Of a stretch of DNA of 64,000 nucleotides, positions 53,942-64,000 are shown piece by piece; within the stretch, counting starts at the first letter, position 1, and each line of letters begins with the position of its first letter. The translations under genes and the position numbers were made by a program. The notes under the pieces are model-generated. The model was not told the origin of the DNA, made no database searches, and worked only from the letters and a program-made list of their open reading frames with translations. Source of the DNA: Klebsormidium nitens (lineage: Eukaryota > Plantae > Klebsormidiophyceae); the NCBI GenBank assembly GCA_000708835.1, contig DF236955.1:421745-485744 (forward strand), written 5' to 3'.

Positions 53942-56900
53942 ATGATGGCGGTGGATGTGACAGCAGCCTCTAGATTAAGAACGCAGAGAGCTTTGATCCC
54001 AGTCGAAGAGAGAAACGCTGCTTTCCGAAACGATTAGGGGCAACTTTGCTGATCAACCACGACCGAAACTGCCGACCTCAAGGAGCGCGGCGTCACAGGA
54101 TTGCTCGGAGTGCCGCATCAGGCCCGCAAGGGGGTGCAGGAATGGCTCCAAACGCAACCCAGACACTTAAGAAAGAGATATTGGAGATCCTGGGAGCACC
54201 AAAGAAGAGGGATTACGCCTGTCCTGTCAAGACGGGCACGCTGGCAGCACAGAAGGCCCCACTTAAGAAGAAAGAACCTGCTACTCTGAAGGGCATGTCT
54301 TGTGCGCCCACTTCCCTGCAGGCACATCTATTGGGTCCCTTAGTCAGGCCGGAGAAAAGATACAGCAAACCTCAGAAAGCCGGACTCCCACTGCCCCGGT
54401 TCGTGAAAGTATTCGCGGCTCTGGTGGTTGCCCTTGCTCTTGCTCTTTGCTTCCCACCCCCTGCGACAGGTCTTGTCAAAGGGAGGCACACCGTTGCCAG
54501 CATAAAGGAGTTAAGTCACCATCGATCACGGAGCTCAGGTACCGGAGGAGCAGCCATAAGGTAAGTCGATTAGAAACCATACAGAGATGCGAAAGTGGTC
54601 ACATCAAGCAAGAAGTCGTTCAGAGCTAGAGCTGGCTTCAACGATTGCCACCCTATACCATACGTTCTCTGAGTTCGTTGGTGACTCTGCGATTACCCTT
54701 CCACTCTTCAGGTACAAATTCGTTTGACAGCGCAGCTTTAGAGGGTCCGGGACCAGATCGATTCTAGGTCGTTGCATAGCACACATCAACTCTAAAAATA
54801 AAATGCTCTCGTTAGCGAGCTTGAAGAAGCCAGGAGTTTGTGGACCTGAATAAGGGCGAAGTCTTCAAGTCCATCCTGCAAACCCCCAGAGAACATCTCA
54901 TCACCCACTTTCTCAGTGCCCAGAGGTATATAAATTGACAGCTTTGCGATTGCGATGCTGCAAGCTCCTGAAGAGCAAAGGCCGTCCAGGAGCAACTCCT
55001 GGCGTGGCTGTCTGCCTATCCGCACTCGAAAGGTGTACCACAGACTTGCTTTGCAACAAAGCATCAAGTTTTCTCTTCTGGGTGCAGGTACGCCTCTGCT
55101 CAAGGCTCTCAGCAGGGGTCGCCACTGCCGAGCAGACACAAGCAGAAACCGCGCACCTCCGAAGAGGAGCTTATCGAGGGGGGCGGGGCAACAGTGGGCC
55201 GCCGGGTCGTTTCAAAAGCGGGGAAGGGCGCAAGATCTTTCACGGCGGTTGTGCTATCTACCGCTGTAACGAACATCCATGGCAAGATAATCGGGGCAGC
55301 TGTTCAAATCATCCGCCTCTTATCTGGGCTTCTCTTAGCCTTCGCTTTGGCCTACGTCCTTACAACGGGCTTGAAAAATGCGTGGCGTTGGCTCGTGGCA
55401 GCGAATTACGGCGTCACGTACAGGCCGTCGTCCCCGATGGGCGACCAGGTCACCCTTGTCAAGGTCCAGGTAGTCGCTCAAATCTTGCTCGCTGGTTCCA
55501 TCGCAGTGTAATCTAGTCGAGATGCAATAGCTTTTGTTTGGCCTCTCGAGAAAGTGATAAAACCTCGCGCTTTGTTGACAATGGTTTTCGTCGATGCTGT
55601 GTCACTGCGGCAAACTTTGAAGTCTTGGAGCTAGCTGACCTACAAAGCATCGCTAGGTACCTGAGTATTGCCTGTGTATCTCTGCCTTCTGACCTGCTGC
55701 CGTCCCGTTGGTCAATGAATCTACATCGTGACTGCAGATCCGAACGCTTTGATGCAGGTGGCGTTTTCTGGAAGTGCGGCACAGTCATTTGATGTGAGAA
55801 TGGACAAATATCTGAGAAGCTCAGGGTCCAAGCTTGGGGATCCAGCGAGCAGACAAGGAATGCGGAGAATCTCGAACGGTGAGAGCTTCCCTCATGCCGC
55901 TTTTTAGCAGATGATCCTTCTCTGCAAGATGTCCCGGCCCCCAAGGAATGTCCCAGCAGGACTCGATGTCTTTTCAGCATGCGGGTTAAAATTTCACTGG
56001 TTTTTGAACCGTATGTTTCTGATGATTGTAACGTCCCGACGTCCTGGAACTTTGCGTTCTGATGCGCTCGTATCGACTTGTTGGGGTCACGTCGAGGTTG
56101 TTGACAAATCATCTTTGTGATTCCGTGCCAACTTAAGCTCGAGGTTTGCCACACGACTACCGAAGTTCGCGGCGCATGTCTACAGGACACCCTCTGAATA
56201 ATCTCGTTCTCGACTTTGCAGGGACCTTGAGTTCCATTCTGTTGGATTATCGGTCTGACTGGGAATCTCCAAATGGCCAGGTGAAACAGTAATCTCCTGT
56301 GGAAGTCTTTTCGAGCTTGTTGATTCTTTAGCAGCGGGTCTCCTTACGACGCTGATATCGAATCGTGGTCTGCATTCCTGCCGATACATGGCGTTTTGCA
56401 GAGCCCAACGTTCATCGTGATGTTATTCACGGTGTCTGCTGATTTTGCGACTTCGTACTCGTCCCTTCATACCCTTCAGGACTGGATGTCGAGATCGACT
56501 TCAGCGAACCGCGCACGCTGTCTCCTGTTGAAAAAGGCACAGACTTGATTGTACCCATAACATGAGGATGATTTGTAGTCAGATTTGTTGATTGTTGTTT
56601 TCTTCAGGATTCTTATCTCGTCTTGACCGCAGATGATTCTCATGGAGCGCGAGGAGGCAAATAGAGAGTTGCAGGGTTGGGCCATGCTGGTAAGGCAGCC
56701 TTGTGTTCATCGGCTTCTACTGTTCGTTGAGTTGTTCAGGAGGCGCCTCGCCATGTTTCTTATTGTCGAATCAACAATAATCTGAGCCTGAATGAAGGCG
56801 ACGCACGGTGCTAAACCTGCTCTGAACGGGCCTTCAAAACGACCCAGTCTGGCTAGTACGCTAGCTAATGCTTGCCGCCGAGTATTACTAACATGTTTCA

Positions 56901-57980
56901 TCTTCGTGAGACAGGTTATCTGCTTTCACGCAGTCCGAGGTTATGAACCACCCAACATGACGGACCAGAAGAGTCCCTTATGGAATCGATGGTTCTTAGT
57001 TTTGTTTCTAGCCGTGCTCGAGAGTAGCGTAACGATGATATCAGCTTTTGCAACGCTCAAAGCTGCTGAACTGCAGGAGGCTCAGAACTCCAAGGGACCA
57101 GTCGGCCACTTCAGGCTGCCGTTGCGTGCGCTTTACGGGATCAGCGCTCCTGTGCCCAGTTGCTTACTCTTGGTGAGTCGCTGACACTTAGAACTTGATA
57201 TTGACTTCCTGGGGGCCGGCTGTATACGTACACAGAAGAAGTAGTTCCAGCCTCAACATTGAAGAGGGCAAAGGAGTCTCATGCGGTGCTATCTACCTCA
57301 ACTTACAGCGTTTCATTTTTGAAAGTCTTTGGAAGCTGAATTGTCGACGTTCTCCAGGGTAAAACGGAAGTCACCTCGCCCACTGCCGCGGTCACGGCGC
57401 TATTCAAGCCCTTCATCCGGGCTTGCGCAGGATCACGTGTCTCCGTCAAAAACACGTTTGGCAGCCCTGCAATCCTGACTCGCTTCTGCTAATTTACAGG
57501 CTCTTATCACAACCTTGTTTGAACAATCTCACGCACCCGCCTATCTTGTGACCCGTAGGTTACACTCCTGGCAACGGTCGAGGGGTACCTGAATATTCAG
57601 AATCACGAAGTCGAAAAGAAGGCCGGGGCAAATCTCGCAGTGGCGCTGCTTCGGACTGCTCGAATAATTCAGAATGAGAATCAGGTGGGGTTTCCGGAAT
57701 ACTTTCTGGAGATTGTGCAAGCAACTGCCCCAGATGCACGTTCTCACCTTTTCAATCACTCTGTACGATTTGGGTGCGGGGTCTCTTTAAATTTACACAG
57801 CTCGTTCAGGCCAACAAAAATGAGAAGCGTCCCGGGTATACCTACTCGTCCTTATTCATGTGTTCTTGACAATAGAGTGTCTCGTGACTTCAGACTTTAA
57901 CGTGGGTCAAATTGAAGTACGTTTGATTCAGGTGTGAAAGCTGTGGAGAGACCAGCTTCTTGTGCAACTGGTTATTGAGT
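53942..57980 (+). CDS. Highly diverged DUF1517/FLAP1-like copy C (possibly a pseudogene)
   Basis: Has FAALVVALALALCFPPPA (cf. LGALVLAFAFALCTPHPA) and VTLVKVQ|V with the same intron position (~55469). Exon 55758-55878 VAFSGSAAQSFDVRMDK...GMRRISN (phase 1), exon ~56221-56280 TLSSILLDYRSDW, exon ~57560-57684 VTLLATVEG... The 5' part has a stop/frame change at 54037-54046 and the last exon looks degenerate. Confidence 0.6.
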
Positions 57981-58101
57981 CGTGCTACTTTCAGAGTCCT
58001 CCAACATCGCTGCCGTTCGACGACAAGTTGCGAACGGTTGTGCTTAGATGAAGAGGGTTATCCACGTCGCTTGGTACCCACATTCTCAACAATCTCCTCA
58101 C

Positions 58102-61100
58102 CTTGCAGGTTTTCCGGTTCACTTTTGTAACCAAGCTGGTTGACGCTTTCAGTGTGGAATTGTCGTTTCCAAAGAGGTGATTCGAACTCGCTCTTGACAG
58201 GAGATTGTAACGCCCGTCAACGAAGATGAGATGCTGATTGATTGAGCACAAGTAGAAAAGTATGTGAGATTGGACATGCGCAGAAAGAGACGCTTGACCT
58301 TTTGGGAGTCTGTCCATCCCTGCACAAAATGCTACTTTTAGCACCTATCATGCAATCTTCATGGGCAACGAGCTCAGCCATCCCCTACTCAGCCAGCTGA
58401 TCATGATCTGAGAGCTGCTCCAATCAGCTCAGTGCGCAGCTAGGACAAGGATCAGGACAAGGCACCATGCGTGCAGGCACCTCGCGGTTTGCGGCTGGTC
58501 CATTTGCGTGTGGATTTGGTCCATCGATATCACAGCTGCTCATTTCATGACAGAACTTAATGATAGACTGATAACTTTTCTCCAGCATCAAAATGATTTC
58601 AGTTGAGAGGAAGAAGCTGTCCGTAGCCGGTAAAGCTATCATCAGCCCGTCCAATTCGGCGACTGGGCAAATGCAGCTGGACAGCCCAGCGTAAGGGAAA
58701 AACCCGCCATAGCATCTCACTTCGCGTTTACATGGCCGACGTAGCTCCATACTGCTTACCACCAATCTGCAGAATGTGAATAGGTGACATGCTCACTGTA
58801 TCGTGGTTCCGGCTTGTGAAGCCAGCTGCCAGTGTGAAGCACGTCACCTGGGTGCCGCTCAACTTCACAGCTACTACGGTGGATGTCATTGGGACGAAGA
58901 GAGTCTCAACACGAAGCATGTAGCGCAAAACAGTCTCCCCATGTCTCAGATTGCCTTTTCGCAATAAGCTGGGACATTAACGGCAGGAAGTTGGCAGCTG
59001 GAGCTGGCGGTCAGACGTACCACATGAGCATTCATGCTACGAGCTGGCAGATTGCATCAAGGCAAATGTGCATCAGTGAGGCGGCAGCTCAGAGTAGAAA
59101 TGGAACAGGTGACTTTAACTTCTTAAGAAATATCCGAGTCTGCATGACGAGAGGCCACTGCAGTGTCATGGGGCGAGCATCAGTTTTCAAGGGACCAATT
59201 CAGATCACGTACCTACTGTTCTGCCCTACATGACTTTCTTAAAGACTCAGAGAACAACGTTAGATTACGGCGCAGTGTATACCACTGCCGCATACTTGCT
59301 AGGATGGCCAGGAGATCGAATCCTGCGTATCTTCTGCTCAAATCAATGCGTGCGCATATGCCGCCTTTTGAAGCTCCTGCCAGACCTTCGACGAAGTTCG
59401 GCCGCTGGCCGCAGCAACTTTCATTTGCTAGCCGCGCGCAAGTTGGATTTGGGTCAGGCCACACACCTGAGCCGTGCGATAGCAAGCGCATAGCGCATTC
59501 GACGGTTCAGCTTACTTAAAATGCGCGCGCGCTAGAACTTTCTCCTGTTAGGCGGCATGACATTTTCAAGCTGCAGTTGCGGCTAATCAACTACCGCATA
59601 GAGAGGTGTACAAGCTGGTGCTATTGTGACAGTCAGCCCCGCAGTCAGCATGAACAATAGCAGCGGTTGAAGTAGTGTTCAGGTCGTACCTGGGACCTGT
59701 CGCCAGTGTATGTAGATAGGTAGAGACACTAGGTACCTAGTGGGGACTCAAGTAAAGGGATTTGATTAGTAGATTGTAAACAGCCATAGACGTTGCCAGA
59801 CGTACATATATACACTGAAGCACCAGGCACAGTGCTACAATTTATCTTCTTTACCTCAGAATCATACCTGGTTGCTACATACTGTATATTTAAGGAGCCT
59901 CTGCATAACCTAACCGAGTACTTTAAAAAATCCGTTTGACAGACCCTACAATGTACTACCGTAGTGCACTGTTGGTCTCATCTCTTGATCCACAAAGTCG
60001 CTTAACATGTGGGTTTCCCCCTTAACCAAGCTTTGACAGGACAGCGTTCCTTCAGATTGGCAACAGTACTCTGACAAGGCGCATTATTAATTAATCGTTT
60101 CACAGGAGGTGCCGCGTAACTTACTGTCAGTGCGGCATGCCTGACTGACTCTGGTGTGCCTTGAGGCGCTAAGCGGCCATGCAGCAATAGACTGTCTCAG
60201 CTCATAGTTCATCTTAGCAAACTCAACGCCAAAGGCTTAATTTCTAGTGGCGTCCTTGTCGGAGAACAGTCTCCTCTGAGGCCTATGTTTCAACCTTGGG
60301 GGTAAGGGGCAGGATCCTCGCAAACAAAGGGGGATGGCTGCTCAAAGGCACATCCAAGCATTGCCTGATTGGCAGCAGTGATCCCGTATTGGGACCAGCC
60401 TGTTAGCAAGCAAAGGTCAGGGCCTTTTCTTTCTAGGCGGGTCATCTGTGCTCTTCTCCTTTTGCTTCATTGTGATCCGTACTGGTCCGACGTTTGAAGG
60501 AAGAGCTGGTGATACAGGTATCCGATGGGCATGGATTGCTTGGTAGTAGAATCCTCGGGGTACATTCAGATCGGCACTTTCTGCTCACAGAACAAACCGG
60601 CTTCGTCCAAGTTCTGATCGGTTGTCTAAAGAGCAGCACAGCAGGGAGCCGTGTAATCTGCTCCTGATTTCTTGGCTCTAATGTTGACTACTCGACAGAG
60701 GAGCCTCTAAGTATGGGTTGCTTGAATCAATCTCCCCATTTCCAACAGGTGGATAGATCACAGGGAGAGTCTTAGCTTTATGGATCCGCAAAAGGCACAG
60801 CCTGATAACACATTAAGTTGGATCAGTGCTAGACGTAAACATTGGCATAATGCACACGCAGACGTGAAGATTTTTCTTTTTAGTGGGAATTCAGGCTCTG
60901 CTGGCCTCAATAAATATCCTCGGGCAGCCAAGTAAAGCCCCGCTGTCAGCTGGAGAAGCAAAGAACGAAACAAGTTTTCATGGAATCTGCACAAAAGTGA
61001 CTGCCATCTGACACGACAGCTTCTGGTCTGTGAGGTCGAATGTACTTACAAGAAGCGGCCTGAAGATGCCTTGCTTATGACTGTAAGGGGCTGTGGGGCA

Positions 61101-61640
61101 GCTGTAACTGGACTGATGCAATGAATCTTAGCAGGCCAGACTTGTATCCACTGAAGAGTAAGGCAGGTCAGCTTGATACAGAACTTGACGAATGGCTTTC
61201 CTAACAGTTGGCTAGACAGTGGTCGAAAGAGAAGAAGAGGACCGTCATCGCGTCTTGGTGAAAGGGGAGGCCCCACCGTCTCGGATGCGCGAGACCTCCC
61301 ATACGTCGCTATGGCGGACACCGAAGGAAGTGTGCGTGGCATCCCGCTTATCCAGATTGCCCCAGATGTGCACACCAAAAATGAGCTCCAAAGCTGCTGT
61401 CACCACGAAGAACCTCTCATGCTCGTTTGCAAGGCTCTCGATTGCATTGTTGAGAGGGCTGCTTGCAATAATAGTGCTGCAAATGCGATGGGTAAAAGAG
61501 ATGCGGCCGCAGCGCCGCTTCGGAAGCAGTTGATACTTCAAGGAAAAGTACCACGGAGGCCGTTGGGATCGCCTATACGAGGAACGGGGGCTGGAAGGAG
61601 CTTGGAAAGGGGCTTTGTGAATTGTGACACGTATAACCAT
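58102..61640 (-). other. Scattered exon-like open frames of an unidentified, probably degenerate gene
   Basis: 58102-58233 is a 132-nt in-phase block with CAG/GTGAG borders (HLIFVDGRYNLLSRASSNHLFG...). Other protein-like stretches lie at ~58440-58700, ~59230-59430 and ~61245-61460. No family recognised. Confidence 0.22.
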
Positions 61641-62103
61641 TATTTATTGCTCTTTCAGTCCCCAAAAAATTGTTGTAAGGCGGCCGTTGCTGTGCTGTCG
61701 TCCCCATGTCTCGTTTGTTTTGCTCGCGCAGTGGCAATGGAGCGCTTTGCATCTGTGTGCGGCACCAACTTCCTTTTGCCCAGCATCGACTTCCGTACTT
61801 CTGGTTCCGGGTTCAGGTCAAGCCCGAACGCCGGTACATGGGACCGTTATGGTGCAAAATACGGCCGGGGCAGATCCGGGAAAAGTGAGATTCTTGGCGA
61901 CGGCGGCCGTCGGAAATTGCGCCGATATGGAGCATCTTTGACACAGGGATTTTGGGTACTTTGTAGGTAACCCGTCGGGTGACTGTGCCATATTCCCGAA
62001 AGCTTTGACGTTTCGGAGCGAATTTGCCCGGATTTCCCCTTTTTGGCTGTAAAATGGGGGTCTCAATGCATGACTATAACAGAATCTTGTTGAAACACAG
62101 CGT

Positions 62104-62450
62104 TGTTGGAAGTGATATTCAATCAATCAAATTCATTCAATGTATATGGAGTGTTCCGAGTCACGGCCTATATCTAGATCTACACTCTAGCCTAGTAGGC
62201 ACAGTGGACCGTCACCTAGTAAGTGCGAAAATTTCACTCTATGCTGTACATCGACGGGTATCAGTGTACCTACACAATATCGACGGTCATCGCCAAGTCA
62301 TTCGGGTGTAACGCTGTAACCCGCGCGCCTTTAATTGTGTAACCGTAACTACTTACCCTCGAATTACCGTCGACGTCATGATCCTAAAACCCTCGAATCA
62401 CCCAGAGATTCGGTCCCTCAATGCCCGTATCTTAATACTCCCCCACACAC
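62104..62450 (-). repeat. Polypurine tract (62438-62450) and 3' LTR (~62104-62437) of the copia element
   Basis: Right after the pol stop (62457) comes GTGTGTGGGGGAG, then TATTAAGA (mutated TG start), ending ...TTCCAACA at 62104. An alternative end TTTCAACA lies at 62088. Confidence 0.7.
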
Positions 62451-62559
62451 TAATGACTATGCAATTTCTATCTCGCTCTTGCACTTCTTGAACTTCCTCG
62501 GTGCTAGCGCCTTGATCATGATGTCCGCCTTCATGTCCTCCGCCCTGCAATACGCGAAC

Positions 62560-63452
62560 NNNNNNNNNNNNNNNNNNNNNNNNNNNNNNNNNNNNNNNNN
62601 NNNNNNNNNNNNNNNNNNNNNNNNNNNNNNNNNNNNNNNNNNNNNNNNNNNNNNNNNNNNNNNNNNNNNNNNNNNNNNNNNNNNNNNNNNNNNNNNNNNN
62701 NNNNNNNNNNNNNNNNNNNNNNNNNNNNNNNNNNNNNNNNNNNNNNNNNNNNNNNNNNNNNNNNNNNNNNNNNNNNNNNNNNNNNNNNNNNNNNNNNNNN
62801 NNNNNNNNNNNNNNNNNNNNNNNNNNNNNNNNNNNNNNNNNNNNNNNNNNNNNNNNNNNNNNNNNNNNNNNNNNNNNNNNNNNNNNNNNNNNNNNNNNNN
62901 NNNNNNNNNNNNNNNNNNNNNNNNNNNNNNNNNNNNNNNNNNNNNNNNNNNNNNNNNNNNNNNNNNNNNNNNNNNNNNNNNNNNNNNNNNNNNNNNNNNN
63001 NNNNNNNNNNNNNNNNNNNNNNNNNNNNNNNNNNNNNNNNNNNNNNNNNNNNNNNNNNNNNNNNNNNNNNNNNNNNNNNNNNNNNNNNNNNNNNNNNNNN
63101 NNNNNNNNNNNNNNNNNNNNNNNNNNNNNNNNNNNNNNNNNNNNNNNNNNNNNNNNNNNNNNNNNNNNNNNNNNNNNNNNNNNNNNNNNNNNNNNNNNNN
63201 NNNNNNNNNNNNNNNNNNNNNNNNNNNNNNNNNNNNNNNNNNNNNNNNNNNNNNNNNNNNNNNNNNNNNNNNNNNNNNNNNNNNNNNNNNNNNNNNNNNN
63301 NNNNNNNNNNNNNNNNNNNNNNNNNNNNNNNNNNNNNNNNNNNNNNNNNNNNNNNNNNNNNNNNNNNNNNNNNNNNNNNNNNNNNNNNNNNNNNNNNNNN
63401 NNNNNNNNNNNNNNNNNNNNNNNNNNNNNNNNNNNNNNNNNNNNNNNNNNNN
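62560..63452. other. Assembly gap (N run) inside the copia RNase H region
   Basis: Run of N. Confidence 0.99.
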
Positions 63453-64000
63453 TACTGTCGAGGCCGCCACCGTTGGCTGCAGCCTGCTCGACCAGCTCAC
63501 CGCCCCCCCGTACATCAGGAAGACGTACCCGTTGTGGACCGCTTCGTGTCCACGTCACCCGGTAATCCTCGTCATAGTAAACGACGAGAGTCTCCTCGCT
63601 CCCCCCGAAGGTTACCCCGTCCTTTGCCGTCCCCGCCAGGTGGCGCACAACTCCGCCAGTGTGCCTCCGTCGGCCCCGCCATGTAACGCGCAAGCGCGCC
63701 CACCGCCTGTGCGATGTCGGGCCTCGTGGACACACTCAGATACAGCTGGCTTCCCACACACTCGCTGTATGGAAACCGCTTTGTGTCGAGGGGCTCACCC
63801 TCTTTCGTCAACTTGTCCCCCGTTCCAAGAGGAACGCTACGCGCCTGCGCGTCGGCCAGTCCGTGACGGCCGACCAGCTCCCCCGTCAGCTTCCTCTGCG
63901 TCACCCTAATGGTGCGCGCCTCCCTATCGACGTCAGCTCCATCCCGAGGAAGTACGTCGCCTTCCCCAGATCGCGCATTTCGAATTTCTCCGCCAAGTGC

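Larger units (their letters stand above)
62104..64000 (-). mobile_element. Degenerate Ty1/copia LTR retrotransposon, 3' part (RT C-terminus, RNase H, PPT, 3' LTR)
   Basis: EKFEMRDLGKATYFLGMEL, YSECVGSQLYLSVSTRPDIAQAVGALARYM, YGGAVSWSSRLQPTVAASTV and EDMKADIMIKAL, split over three frames by frameshifts. Confidence 0.95.

Noticed and set aside
61173-61970. 265-aa plus-strand ORF as a gene
   Set aside because: No recognisable motif or splice structure and composition unlike the real exons; probably the antisense shadow of a degenerate minus-strand sequence.

Overview
Intron-rich eukaryotic nuclear DNA from a photosynthetic organism. GC-rich exons, GT-AG introns, a plastid-type AlaRS and FLAP1-like genes point to a streptophyte alga such as Klebsormidium (inference). 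Left to right the window holds: (1) a 19-exon dihydroxyacetone kinase gene (-). (2) A 12-exon SPATA20/YyaL thioredoxin-domain gene (+). (3) An ~11 kb one-ended CACTA/En-Spm remnant with a right TIR (CACTATAAACG...) and a CTAGAAC subterminal array. It carries a multi-exon TnpA-like gene (+) and, head-to-head with it, a decayed TnpD-like gene start (-). (4) A secreted bacterial/fungal-type phosphodiesterase gene (-) that is frameshifted and cut exactly at that TIR. (5) A 12-exon organellar alanyl-tRNA synthetase gene (-). (6) An LTR-like repeat spanning an assembly gap. (7) A tandem triad of DUF1517/FLAP1-like genes (+): one internally deleted, one intact with a 15-aa repeat, one highly diverged. 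(8) A degenerate Ty1/copia 3' end (-). All calls come from manual reading and remembered family motifs; no database searches were run. The most interesting structures are the divergent TnpD/TnpA CACTA architecture, its junction with the phosphodiesterase gene, the FLAP1-like triad and a duplicated 'poison' splice acceptor in the DAK gene.
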